Positions 46,951-60,200 of a stretch of 64,000 nt of DNA are shown one piece after another. The stretch is from Massalongia carnosa. Lineage: Eukaryota. Below the pieces are notes generated by a model. It was not told where the DNA came from. It did not search any database and worked only from the letters and a program-made list of their open reading frames with translations. The stretch covers positions 682,001 to 746,000 of the forward strand of contig OZ287082.1 of assembly GCA_965645245.1 (NCBI GenBank). Direction: 5' to 3'. Position numbers and translations under genes: made by a program. Numbering within the stretch: the first letter of the stretch is position 1; every line of letters starts with the position of its first letter.

Positions 46951-47639
46951 TCATGTCGATAATGCTAATCCTTGTAAAGACGCGTCGCAATACGCCGCGC
47001 GAGCGTCTCCGTATCATGTTGATGTACTCCGTAAGCCTATATTAGACTAACTAGATTGTGTCAGGCAGTTGATGACTGCGATTGCCCGATTAGGCTGTTG
47101 CATTCTTAGGAGTTTAAACAGAAGATCTATGTCAAGCAACCAATAATCGAAGCGAGTCGGCTACTGACTAAGTTAGTTTCTTGACACGATTAGATGGAAG
47201 GTCAGATGTGACAAGTCATGTCAGGCCAGGACCCTGACATATTGATGTGTTGCGGTGTTGCTGTCTTTCAAAGTGAATGAGTCACATGAACGCAAAACCC
47301 ATCATGACATCGCTTTTACTTTCTTCCGTCCTCATCCCACTCGGCGATAAGACATCCCCCAGAACGGAGATAACGCAGTGGGAAATTACAAATAAATATA
47401 TTAAAAGGTAAGTCAACCCCAGCTTTCCTTTTTTCCTATTCTTCAGGCTCCCTCAGCAGTCTCCCCATCGATCGAGATCAATCATACTCGAGAGATCTCA
47501 TCATGTCTAACAATGCCTCTGCAGCATCATTGATCTCGCCGAACTCGATATCATCATCCATCACTTCTAGAAAAAGATCAAGGTCTTCAGGGATACGTAA
47601 ATGATAAGATTCGGTAAGATGAGTTAACTGCGCTTTCCT

Positions 47640-48538
47640 CGAAACGAATAACATATTGAGATAATGAATCGAACAGATACGATTACAATCCTCGAAAACA
47701 GCAATTAATCATCCGAATGCCGACTACCGTGCATGATATGCTGACAAGTGATGTCGAAATCGAAATCGTCAAATAGCTTGAACAAATGACCAAGAAAATG
47801 AAATTTTCAGACGTTGTGGATTTGATTGATGGTTTTAATTCTGTTGCATCTTCTACTATAAAACTCACCGAGATCGGAACATGCAGCCCAGATATAGCCT
47901 TTAGACATGATCAAGCTCGGTTTCCCGGACTGATTTTGGAAGTTTCCAACTCTCAAAAAACTAAAGATTTGCCAGGGTTAGCTGAGGATTATTTTTTTGG
48001 ATCTTGTGGGAATATTCGTATGATGGTGGGATTGGACATCGATTATCGAAAGTCCAAGCGGGCTCGAGTGTTGACGTGGCAACTGAAAAACATCATTAAA
48101 GACGGCGAAATAGTATGCGAAATGCAACGCATAAACAACTCAGTAAGAAAAGGTTCAACGATTCAAGATTCGAGCTAAATAAGCATTTAGATCTTTCGCG
48201 ATGAAACGGGCACAGCGAGCGACGGAGCCCTGATTCTCCCGATCAAAGATTTTGCACCGCTCAAGCTGCTTGCTGCTCTCAAAGACGCGACGGTTTTAAA
48301 CTCTTCGGATGCTGCTGTGATCATTTCGTTTGATCAACTGACAAGATTTTTGACGAAAGCAGAAACATTCTATGACTTGGAACAAAAAGCGTCGAAATCG
48401 ACGGATGCGGACTTCAGCAAGAAGCGAAGAGTACGATCCAACTCATCGGATATCGAGGAGGAGGTTGAGGACCACGACAATGACGATGAAGATCAGGAGG
48501 AGTACGAGGATCAGGAGGACGCCGATTATGTGGATTAA
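47640..48538 (+). pseudogene. PD-(D/E)XK-like nuclease-fold fungal protein with acidic tail, damaged 5' part
   Basis: IIRMPTTVHD, SPDIAF..PGLILEVSNSQK..LAEDY..IRMMVGLDIDY; probable intron 48142-48190; stop at 47773. Confidence 0.6.
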
Positions 48539-48703
48539 GACGAGTATGTCAGTCTGAGGTTGGCAGTCGATAGAATGAGTCTTTGCCAGAACGAAAAGCG
48601 CTGTGAAATAAAATACGGTTAAGAGAAATCATGGAAACCCCATCCTCCACCCGTCAAGAAGTTCGAATAAAACGAATATATATATGTCAAATCGTGCGTA
48701 CGT

Positions 48704-49117
48704 TGTCACGGTTCGACCACCGGTTGGTTCATTGAACTGCCGAGAGTACGGCTTCTGCCGGCAAGCTAACCACTCTCGTCACTTAATCCAGGATTAAGCG
48801 GTCATAGGGGCCGAAAGCTCCGCGGCGCTAAACCTTTTTCCCGATCATCATCATAAAGCGAATAGGGACAAACCGTGGAGGCAACAAGGGGCAATAAGAG
48901 GCAACAAAGGCATGAAAGGGACACTTCGGAAGAACGCTGTTTGGTCAAACTGAACACTTTCGAAGGAAGTAGACAAACAGCTGTGTTGAAGCAAGCAATT
49001 ATCTATGTAGATTCCTAGAGGGGGCTTTCTTTGCTTGTTTCTTTTCCGCATCTTTGATATTATCAGTTTTATAGCTTGCTAGTTGATAGTCAATCATATC
49101 CTAATTGAACCGTAACA
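48704..49117. mobile_element. Solo LTR, 414 bp
   Basis: TGTCACGGTTC...GAACCGTAACA terminal inverted repeat, TSD TACGT. Confidence 0.9.
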
Positions 49118-49988
49118 TACGTGACGTGATTATTTTTTTTCATAAATTCATATTTTCAGAAGTTCGATGTTAAAGTTCTGTATAACTTCAAATCACATAT
49201 AAAATCGAATATTCTTCGAACACTAGAATAAGTCTAAACCTTTTTGTTTGTTGTCATAAAATCGGGTTGTTTATTTCTTTATTGACGTTTTATACAGTTT
49301 TAATTTACATTGTTAATATTGAATATTCTGCTGACAGTATTGCGAAAAGGAGTATAGTTCAATTTTATTCTTTTATATGAACAGGTAGATTTGTTGTTTC
49401 TTTTTCGTCGAAATATCATTTTATCTTACTTCGTATTGTGATGGGGTGGAGTAGACCATCCATATAATTGGTCGGATGGCTGTGTCTAGTGCCTCCCGCA
49501 TGGGCCCGAGCTGGCCGAGTCATGTGATATTATCGAGCATTGAGCATAAAGTGCCGATCGCTCATCTGTCAGTACTTCATCGTTTTGATCATCCTAATAC
49601 TGCATCGTTTTCATCGTTGACAATCATCATATCACGATAAATGTCATTCTTTTCATGTTGAAACTACAGATGCTGGCAGCAGGGGGAATGGGCAATTGAT
49701 ATAACTAGTCCGTCAAACGAGCTTTGCACATGCAAATTTGACTGGGAGAAACAATTGACTATCTACTACTATGTAGGGTGAGACTGCTCGTATTTATGCC
49801 CGTCCACCAGCTATTCCAGAAGCTTCCATTTCCATCCCTTCGGTCACTGTTCCCGATGCGAATTTGCCACCGGTGCAGACTTTATTGCCGAGGTAGATGT
49901 GAACTGCTTTGTCAGCTGGTTTCGGCACGTAGCGCTGATTGGCCAGTTTTAACATTTCACTATTTCACCTTTACTTCTAGTCAGTCAG

Positions 49989-50291
49989 TGTCACGGTGCG
50001 AGGTCAAGTAGGAATTCAGGTAGTGCAAACGTATAACTTGATTGTCTAGCTAGGTGGACAAGACGTTCGACAAGGAGGAAAGAATCAGAAATCAAACATG
50101 GGCGAGTATAAGACTCTGGCGAACTAAACTAGTCCCAATCCAGCTGTTGATCCAATTTCCCTGGAGTCCCTGGCATGACACTATTGCCATGACACTATTG
50201 ACGGCCGGAACTCCTACCGTTGCCCTAACTAGTCCGAATTAAGCTTAGTCGCTTTCGGACCAGCTAGCCGGTCAGTGGTCACTCCATGACA
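49989..50291 (-). mobile_element. Solo LTR of the Gypsy-1 family, 303 bp, no TSD
   Basis: Colinear with 9768-10121; flanks GTCAG and CGTTG. Confidence 0.9.
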
Positions 50292-50530
50292 CGTTGGACC
50301 CCAACAGGGTTGGGCAAATACGGCCTAGCTGTCCAACACTAGGACATTTGTCCGTTGGGTTGCCCTACTCGCTTACTCCCGAACGAACATCAAAACAGTT
50401 CATCATTTGCATCTATATCTGCAACATCACCTACAGACTACTCTTTAGAGTTAATTGATTGAATTATAGATCTTATCGAGCGCATTCAAATGATGCCATA
50501 ATCATCAAAAACGAATCGCTTTTGATGAAG

Positions 50531-51760
50531 TTATGATGAATGAAAGTTGAAATGGTCAGAAATATTGCGCCCGGTGAGCGGAGGGGGGACAAATCGCTCA
50601 CTATAAAGAGATGGAGCCGGCGCTGCCTGAGGTAGGGCTTTTTGACTATGCTTGGCAAGCACATCGTCAATATCTTCGAGCGAATCCGACCATGCTTCTG
50701 ATGTAAGAATAATATCATTTTCGTCATCCGAAGGAAGCATAGGATCCATAGAGCGGCCGAGAATGGGCTGAGTGCTTATATACTGCACCTCGTCATCGTC
50801 GTCGGAGACGATAGACGCGTTTACAATTCTCTCCATAACTAATTTTTCTCCTAAACCTATTGTACCCAATATTAGCCGACCCGAGCGCAATAACTTTGCA
50901 ACATCGTGAATTTTACAATCTGTTTCAACTTCTGTTTCACCTTCGACCTCATCGTCGCCCCCAGCACGCAATCTATTATATCTAAGCCTCCTCCTTTGTT
51001 CAATAGAGTCCCTTCGCCTAGTACGTCGCTGTTCAGTTCCTCTAGCCTCAGCTGCCGCGCGACCAGTGTAGGCACGTCGACGACTCCCTCCTTTCTTATA
51101 CATGAGGTTTTCTTTGGGCCGAATTTCGTCGGGGAATGTGGTGGGGATGAGAGGTCTTACCAGCTCCTTCTTTTGCCATTTCTTATTGAACTTTTCAACG
51201 ATGTGAGCATGCTCGCGAGCGTACTCTTCCCTTCGATGAGAATCTTCTATTGATTGATGCAGGTCAATAGATTGATATGCCACAGAACGTAGCAAATCAA
51301 GGCCCCCGCGGCGAAATCTATCCTCACTCAACATGCCTTCTTCGCGCTCGACCTCATCCTTATCCGCCTCAATCTCTCCCGTTCCTTCGACCTCATCGAC
51401 GATCTTTTCGACCTCGGGCTCCGAGCCGCGAGCGAAATCGAAGGTTATTTGCCAAGAGACCACATAAGGTGGGCCATCAAAAAACCAGCGGGGGTGGATG
51501 AGGGAAACGGGAATAGGGACCGAGTCGATGATGCAGTTATACAACCAGCATTTACATGGGAGACCGTACCTTAAAGGCAATTCACAATCATAAACACAGT
51601 TACTACCATCAGGGACAATAGAAAGGATTCGTTCAGCTAATGATTTGGCGGCATCGAGTTCTCTTGAAACGAGGCCAATGGCATGATGCGTAATTTTCCC
51701 AATGAGTAGCGTAAAAGCATTTTTATCGATCAATCTAGGATTGCGTATTCACTATTGAAT
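50531..51760 (-). mobile_element. Mutator/MULE transposase C-terminal fragment
   Basis: SWIM-like CVYDCELPLRYGLPCKCWL..IHPRW followed by a charged tail; no DDE core or TIR seen. Confidence 0.6.
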
Positions 51761-52099
51761 GCACAAAATCTCCTGATCTAACTGTTTTTTCCGCACCTCA
51801 TCACATATTTTCTGTACCGATTGTATTATAGGTAAGGGCAAATAGTAAGTGAAGGTGAGGGTGAGGGTATGCTTTATCAGACCGAGTAGGGTAATTATTA
51901 GTAGCAATAACACGTCATACGATTTAAACCGAAAAGAGTTTAATGTGCTGTTGGCAGTTGCATTACTAGCTTGTACGCACCCTGGATAAGCAAGATAGAC
52001 GGGATTTCGAAAACCCGACACCTGGAGTTCCCCTTACGCTAGCTAAGGCAAGATTTATTTTGTGGTAGTCGTTGTGGTAGTCGTTCTAAATTTCGATTA

Positions 52100-54142
52100 G
52101 GTTCGAGCATTAGCTGTTTACATTAACAGTAGCAATTTGCGTAAGAAGAACTTCTACGCTGTTCAACGAGCATTGAATGACGAAGAGAGACGCACTGGAA
52201 ACTCGGTCAGCGGAACAGTACTTAAGCTTTTTCAAGATGTGAATACTCCATGGGACTCCACATGTCACATGTTAATTCGAGCGCTCAAGTTGCGACAAGC
52301 GCTGAATAGATATCATGATAAACATGAAGCCGAGTATTTGAGATTGCTCGACGTGGAATAGTCACAGATAGAATATCTTATCGATTTAACGAAGCTATTC
52401 TGCGTCTTCATAAAGATGATTGGTCAATCAAAGCAACCGACCATTAATCAGGTGTTCGAGATCTACAATAAGCTGTTCGATCATCTGGATCAAGCTCGCG
52501 CAAGATTATCTCGTAAGCGAGTATCGTGGAAACGTGCGCTATTGAATGGCATCGAGGCAGCTGCAACGAAGTTACGTCAATACTATTCTAAAACTCAGGG
52601 GTCATTAGGTTATCTCTATGGAAAGGCGGCATTGCTATCTCCTAATAAGAAGGACCTAATTTTCAAGGGTCCCAATTGGGATGCGCCCTATGGGGAAAGT
52701 CGATAGGAAGATCAATATTGGCAATCTCTGGAAGCGGAATTCGATATCTACGAGAATTCTCAAACCTCACAAGTACGCGGGCGTAATGTCGCGGCCATTC
52801 GAGACTTGAATAATCTGGATCTTCTTCTGAGTACGAATAATGCTACTCCGCTCGCTCTAGACGACGAGTTCAACTGCTATCGTCAGCGAGGTAGGTTAAC
52901 TGATACAATAAATCAGGTCTTTTCTCATTGTGTTCAACTTATTTACAATACACAGCGATGCATGATCGTTCGGGTCCTATTCTACAACAGTGGAAAGATC
53001 TCGAGCCGGAATTTCCACAAATGAGTATGGTTGCCAGGGACATCCTTGCTGTACCAGCCGCTGGCGTTGGATGTGAGCGCGTTTTTAGCGTTGCGGGAGC
53101 CCTTTACGATCATCGCAAGAATTTTCATCCGTATACATTCTCCGCGATGATGATGGTTCGTTTCTACGATCAGAAGGAGAATGCAGATGCAAGTTTACAC
53201 GTAGATTTGGAAGAAGAAGAAAGCATGAGTCTTGAGGATTTGACTAATGAGATGCAAAGGCGACATGAAGACCTAACACAGGTTTTTCAGAAGGTCTACA
53301 TTAGTGATGAAGAAGACGATAACAATGACGAGGACCAGTTAACGCAGATCGGGTCATCGCAGGTTGAGCAGGTCTCAGCGCGAGATGTAAGCATCGAGTC
53401 ACTTACTTTCGTGTCTTCTTGAGCTAATTATTCTACAGAAAAGTAAGAAACGAACTTACAATAACAGAAACTCCATTTCCGAGCACCGCGATAGGAATAA
53501 GAGGATTGCAATGCGCACAAGAAGGGGTAGGCTTCCATCAAGCGAGGAGGTGAAGGAGGGTCTGATAGAGGAGGGTGTGGTGGATGAGGTGGAGGAGGAG
53601 GAGGAGGAGGAGGAAGAGGGTGTAGTGGATGAGGTGGACGAGGAGGAGGAGGAAGAGGGTGTAGTGGATGAGGTGGAGGAGGAGGAGGAGGAGGGTGTGG
53701 TGGAGGATGAGGTAGAGGAGGGGGGTGGAGAGGGTGGGGATGACAAGAAGGTGGAGAGTAAAGGAAGAGATGGCGAGAGACTTTCTTTACGAGTTTTGAA
53801 TAGGAAGCGATGAATGGGCGACATACTTCGATATTCGATAGAAGATAGCATATGAATTTGTGATAGTCTTTATGGTAGTTCGACGTCAACGAAATAAATG
53901 TTTTATCTATAATCTACATTTTACTTTGTGATAGTCATTAAAATAAATCTACAATGATTGAAAATCCGGAAGGGGTGTGTCTAGGTAGCCGGAGAGGGTG
54001 TGTCTAGGTAGCGGATGGGGTGTCCATATATCAGTACCATTTTCTGTTGGGTAACCCAACGATAACCCAACCCAACCCAAAACCCACTGGGTTGGGTTCT
54101 CATTTTAATAACCCAACCCAACCCAACCCATTCCGCGGCGTA
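52100..54142 (+). mobile_element. hAT transposon relic: 3' half of the transposase and the right end
   Basis: QDVNTPWDST, KLRQYYSK, WKDLEPEFPQMSMVARDILAVPAAGVGCERVFS dimerisation domain; (AACCC)n subterminal repeats 54046-54130; probable terminus CCGCGGCGTA at 54142. Confidence 0.85.
53560..53745. repeat. GAG-rich low-complexity repeat
   Basis: GAGGGTGTRGTGGATGAGGTGGAN(GAG)n units. Confidence 0.85.
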
Positions 54143-54390
54143 GTTAACATATTGTAATTTATTTGATCTTTTACAAAATCATATGTTATCGCCGATGACT
54201 CGACTAGGATTCGATTATGGCCCGTCCTTGCTGTTTTGTCTGCAATTTCGGTTTCGGTAATTTTTGAATGAATCGGAACCCATTGCAAAATCACCTAATA
54301 ATTGCTTTCAAATAAGTGTTTTGAGAGCTTTCGAATTTATCTTGCGAAAATATGATTTGTCAAGTTCTGAATTTCGTTTATCACGTTTAT

Positions 54391-54626
54391 TGTTGAATGT
54401 TCAACTTCTACCAGCATTGCCTAGCCGATAGATTAGATAATATCAGATCTAATCTAAGCGCATAGAGGCTCGGATAAACTATTATCATCTCGCTTAGCAG
54501 AGGTGACCAAGATAAAAGGAACAGATTGCTCTGCACTCCGTAGCAACTCTGCATCCTTAAAATCATGGTCATACAGGCCCCTATCTTTACATAGTCATAT
54601 AGCTATAGTCATAGACCTATTCAACA
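54391..54626 (+). mobile_element. Copia-family solo LTR, 236 bp
   Basis: TGTTGAA...TTCAACA, TSD TTTAT, diverged inverted relative of 56876-57147. Confidence 0.88.
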
Positions 54627-55959
54627 TTTATACTATCAGAAAAAATCCAAATTGTTTTTTCTAAGTTCGATAAAATATTAGTATTCGACAATTTATAGAT
54701 ATATTTTATAGCTTGTAAAATCGCATGCAGTTCAATATTTTTAATGCTTGACTGCTTGCTTAATTTCCAGCTCATACCACGAGTGTTAATAATATTACTA
54801 CAAGCAGTGCTAGATCCGTTCTTGGTTAGGTAAGGTGGATAGCATACGTCATGTGGTGCCTGAGGATAGAGCGTTGTAATCCATGACAATTTAAATTTCT
54901 TCCAAATAATGAATGCAGTTCAACAAATTATAAAAGTTCGATTTGCCAGTTTGTATTTCGAATTTCTCGTAATATTTGACTTTTCACCTGCATCGTTGAT
55001 CTTGATTCGGCCATGTGTTTAGCGTATTTTGATAAATTTGACTTTTTAAATAGTCAAATGTGATCGACGAGGACTCCGCTAGGACTTGACTGTGACCCGC
55101 TTCCGCCGTTTTATCTAAAATTTCGTATTCGATGATTTTCGAATGACTAGGAATCTATTGCAGAATTATCTGATACTTGTTTTCGAATATATATTTTGCA
55201 ATATTACGAAATTGCTTCGCGTAAATATGAATTGTCAAATGTTAAATTTCGTTTATCGCGTTTAAACTATCGGAAAAAATCCATATCGTTTTTTCTAAAT
55301 TCGATAACATATTCGTGTTCGTCAATTTGTATTCCCATTGGAGTGCTTGTAATTTTTTTATTTTTTAAGTTATTCATTAAGTGTATTCAACCTAAGGTTA
55401 TGACACTAAACATTTTAGGATATGTTTCTATAATACAAATAATTCAACCCTTTATAACCAATCTATGAATCGTCAATTTTGCCACGTTTGTACGCCGTGT
55501 TAGTAACAACCAATATTAATCGAATTTTCGATTTTACAAATTGTCTTTGTAAAGTTAGTAAATGTTTCAGCATAAATCGATTCTAATTTTACTGTTCGAT
55601 CTCTCCCCAACCTCCCGATTCGACAATTTCGTCTTCTAGCTGACCTTGTTACCATTTTCTAGTAACGATTTTTGTTTTGACAATAAACTTTATCAAAATG
55701 TCATTTCCAATTTTGGTATTGAATAACTTATTTAAATTGATTATAGTATCGACATTGTGTTTCATTATTTAAATTTCTTCAAAATAGTGAATGCAGTTAA
55801 ACAATATATCTTCTGGCGTATGACATTCGTTGCATCGATTCCTGTATTTTGATAAATTATAATCATTTAATCGATGTAGATATGATCAAAAACAACCATG
55901 TCCGAGTTTCAGCTGCAAAATAGTAGAAAAGTTCAATTTCGAACAATTTTTTGACAAAC

Positions 55960-56497
55960 TGTAAGAGTCAGACCTGGCGATTATCAGACACCAGGCCTAG
56001 GGATATGTGACAATGTGAAGACACTAATGATTTGCTATACTAATATACTAAAAGAAGTATGTAGGTAAAGCGGAAGACTAATCGTTGAAGATTGCATCTC
56101 CCTCGAGCAGCCTCCTTATATACCCGGACCGAAGCCCTTGACCCTCTGGGCCCTTGATACTGTAACTATCTTGACCGCCCATTACTCCTACCGGATAAGC
56201 CGGCTAAACACTCTGCTGACTGCATCGTGGACACTGTGCTGACTGTATCGTAGACACTGTGCTGACTGTATCGTAGACACTGTGCTGACTGTATCGTGGA
56301 CACTGTGCTGACTGTATCGTACCATCCGCTCACTAATCGTACGAGCATCCTCGTATATCTCGATCGCTCGTACTATACTCTCGGCAGTAGATACCAGCCG
56401 CGTAACGCAGACCAACTGCTTTCCATATGACTAAGCCTAGCCGTAGAACTAAGCCCCGCTTAGTTAGCTTAGCCCTTATTCCTTCTATGCCCTAACA
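55960..56497. mobile_element. Solo LTR, 538 bp, with an internal 23-bp tandem repeat
   Basis: TGTAAG...CTAACA, imperfect TSD CAAAC/AAAAC; ACACTGTGCTGACTGTATCGTRG about x5 at 56208-56321. Confidence 0.8.
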
Positions 56498-57215
56498 AAA
56501 ACGAAAAAAGCTCGATTTGCCATGTTGCATTTCGAATTTCTCGTAATATTTGCCTTTCAAAATGCATCGTTGCCATTGATTCGTCCATGTTTTTAGCGTT
56601 TTTTGATGAATTTGCCTTTTCAAATAGTCGAATGTAGTCGCCGAGGACTCCGCTAGGATTTGACTGTGTCCAGCTTTCGCCGTTTTGTCTGCAAGTTCGT
56701 TTTCGATAATTTTCGAATGACTAGGAAGCCATTGCAGAATTATCTGATACTTATTTTCGAATAAACATTTTGCAATCTTTAGAATTTACTTCGCGTAAAT
56801 ATGGTTTGTCAAATGTTGAATTTCGTTTATCCCGTTTAAACTATCGGAAAAAATCCATGTCGTTTTTTCTAAATTTGTTGAAATAGGTATATGACTATGA
56901 CTATATGGCTATGTAATAATAAAGGTATGTATGACCGTGATGTTAAGGATGAAGAGTTGCTATGCAGCAATCTTTTCCTATTACTGGTCACCCTTCTAAG
57001 CGAGGTAATCTTATCTTATCTTGGGACTAAGCCTAATGCGGCATCTTCGATTTCCGTAGATCATCTGTCAATCTAAGGCAGCCGTAGGTGCTATGTTCAT
57101 TAAACTGATAGGTGTTCATTGTGCTGGTAGGAATTGGATATTCAACACCCCCCCTCAAGTCCTACCAGTATTTGTTTCCATCGTAGATTCAACTGTGATT
57201 GAACTTCTTAACCTC

Positions 57216-60200
57216 TCATATCTGTTTGACCATGTTGAGCTCTCTGATAAAGGAGAAGAACTTGACATGGGTAAGGGGTTTTGTCAGTCCATCTGCAAAC
57301 ATGTATTCGGTCAGAATATAGGTGAGGTCGATTCTTCCTTCTAGTACCTCGTTTCGTATGAAGTGGTGCTGAATGTCGATATGCTCGGCCCTGGAGTGTA
57401 ATACGGGATTATTGTCCAGTGTTATGACGCTTTGGTTGTCGCCTTTCAATGCAATTGTGCCTTCTCCTCTTAACACGTTTATTGTCGGGGATCCGTCATC
57501 AGAAGTCATCAATCCGAGTTCAGTCATCAGTAAACGTAGCCATGTAGCCTCCTTTACTGCTAAGGTAAGTGCCATATACTCTGCTTCGGTTGATGACAAT
57601 GCGACGGTCGTTTGTCTTTTGGATCACCAGCTTATTGGTCCATTGTTCAGCATGAACACATAACCCGAAGTGGATTTTCGCTGCTCTTTGTCTCCGGCCC
57701 AGTCAGAGTCAGAATATCCTTGCATACATAAATCTTCCCCACCGAAGGTGATGCCTCTATTCTTGGTACCGCTAAGGTATCTGAGAATGTGTTTGGCCGC
57801 TTCCATATGTGTTTTGCCTGGATTCTTTACATGGCGACTGACTACGGACGTTGCGAAAGCTATGTCTGGCCTGGTTTCTATTATTGCGAACATGATGGAT
57901 CCAACCATGGTTCGATATTGCTTTATGTCGTTGTCGGAGGCCTGAGATTCATTATGAAGTGACAGCCTTCTCGCATGGGAGTCTTTGTTGTCTTTGCGGT
58001 TTGCATATGGAATCTTTCCAATACCTTCTCGATATAGGCTGGTTGAGATAGCTTTATGGTTTTGTTGACTCGATCTCGTTCGACTTTGAGGCCTAAATTG
58101 TAGCTGATTGGTCCCATGTCTACCATCTTGAAAGCTAGCTTGAGCTGTTTCTTGACTTCGGTGATCATCGGGGAACCCTTTGGGCCTATGATGTTCAAAT
58201 CGTCAACGAAAGAGGTAACAATGTGTCCTTTTATCCCTTGAGATGTGACGAAGATGCTATGATCTGCGTGGAGTTTCTCCAGTCCTAATTTGCTCAATAG
58301 AAAAGCGGATAGTCGTTCATACCAGAGACGCGGAGACTGTTTCAAACCGTACAGGGCTTTATTCAGCCTGCATACCATGCCAGCTGTGTCATATCCTTTC
58401 GGCATGTGGACATAGATGAGTTGATCGATGAGACCGTTCAGAAAAGCTGTCACTATATCCAGTTGCTCGATGTCCAGATCATGATGGGCAGCTAACGCGA
58501 ATAGCAAGCGAAAAGCTATTGGTTTGACCACAGATGCAAAGGTTTGATCGAAATCTACTCCGTATTGTTGTAGATATTATTTGACAACCCATCTGGCTTT
58601 AAAGCGAACGATCTTTCCATTTACGTCCCGTTTCAGCTTGAATACCCATTTGCCACTCAAGACTATATGTCCGGGTTCCATGGACTCGGTGGATAATGTA
58701 TCCCAGGTGTTGTTCTCCAGCAGACTTTTTATCTCCTCATCCATTGCCCGACTCCATTCGTTTGCGTATTTGGATTTCATTGCTTGATGATATGTTTGTG
58801 GCTCAGCTGTGTCTGACTGAATGAACGCATCGTAGTCGTTCAGGTATGCTGCTCCCTCCACTTCCAGTTCTTTGGCCAGAAGTATGAGTGGGTCTTCTTC
58901 GTCTCTATCTGCAAGTGTGGGAATGTGTTCTGGTTCACTTAATGCCTCATTTGACAGGAGTCTCAGCACTTGTGCGACATGGGCGTGTTTTCTGGGTCTA
59001 CCTCGTCCACGTTTGGAGATTTCACTTATCTTGGAATTCAACTCTGGTTGGTCTTTTGAAGGAGTGGGACTGATTTCGAGTGTGGTATCTTTCTCGTTTT
59101 GAATCATTATGGAGTCGTACGTGGGTAAATCGGTCCCATCATTGAATGTGGCGTCTTCATGAATCCGTAAGTCCTTGACCCTGATGACCTTGTAGTCTTT
59201 TTCCATAAAGACGCGATAGATGGTGCTTCCGTCATATCCACACAGGATTCCTTTCTGAGCCCTCGGAGAAAATTTAGCAGCCTTGCTGTTTAGTCCTTTT
59301 CGCTCTTCTTCGTGAATCAACGCATAGACTGTGGATCCGAGAATTCTCAGGTGATCCAGCTTAGGTGACTTCTTCTCGAAGATCTCATACGGGGTTTTAC
59401 CTGCCAAGGCGTTGGTTGGTCTGACGTTCTTGGTGTGAACCATGGCTAGAACTACTTCTGCCCACAAGTAATCGGGAATGTCTCCGGCAATGACACTGCA
59501 TCTTGTCATGTCCATGATGGTTATGCCCATTCGTTCCGCGACTCCGTTTTCCTCTTGAGAGTATGGAGCAGCTGGTTCAAACGTTATGACTTGTTCCAGA
59601 ACCAAACGTCTGACTTGTGACTGCGAAGCTCCGTACCGAAGTCAGTGCGAAAACTACTCATGGGTTTACCCTTTCCAGATTTGTTTTGGGCCATGCTGTA
59701 GTACGTCAACAAGTGATCAAACCATTCACTCTTCTTGTGTCCGGTATAGACATGAGTGTATCTGCTAGCATCACAGGTGAAAGTGAAGAAGTAAAGTTCT
59801 TCAAGAAGTCCTGCTGGCTTGATTGGTCCCACTAGGTCAGAGTTTATCTTTTGAAAGAGCTCTGTGGCCCTCTCTTGCTGTGTTTGGTTGAATATCTTTT
59901 TGGCTTTTCCCATTTCGCATGCATGGCAAAACCAACCTTGGTTGATATCGTCATCGTACGTTATGTCTAGCGTTTTCAAATATTTTCGACACGTCGGAAT
60001 GTTGAGTTGACCAAGCCTTGCATGCCATGTAGTGAGTTTTGATTTGACAGATATTTGACAGATAGTGACGTCCAGTCCTTGATAGGTGTCCTCGTTCACT
60101 TTGCTCAAATGCATCCTCATATCTGGGGTGTCAACGGTCTGTAGCATGAAGTTGTTGTCAACTCTCGGCACGTGCCCTATGACTTTTGCAGTGGATCCCA

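Noticed and set aside
53428..53889. Pro-rich, Ser-rich and Glu-rich ORFs
   Set aside because: By-products of the GAG low-complexity tract
54046..54130. Telomeric repeats
   Set aside because: The unit is AACCC in mixed orientation, not (CCCTAA)n; it fits hAT subterminal repeats
46991..54142. TACGCCGCG at 46991 as the left TIR of the hAT
   Set aside because: Only 9 bp, no subterminal repeats, and flanks CGTCGCAA and GTTAACAT give no 8-bp TSD
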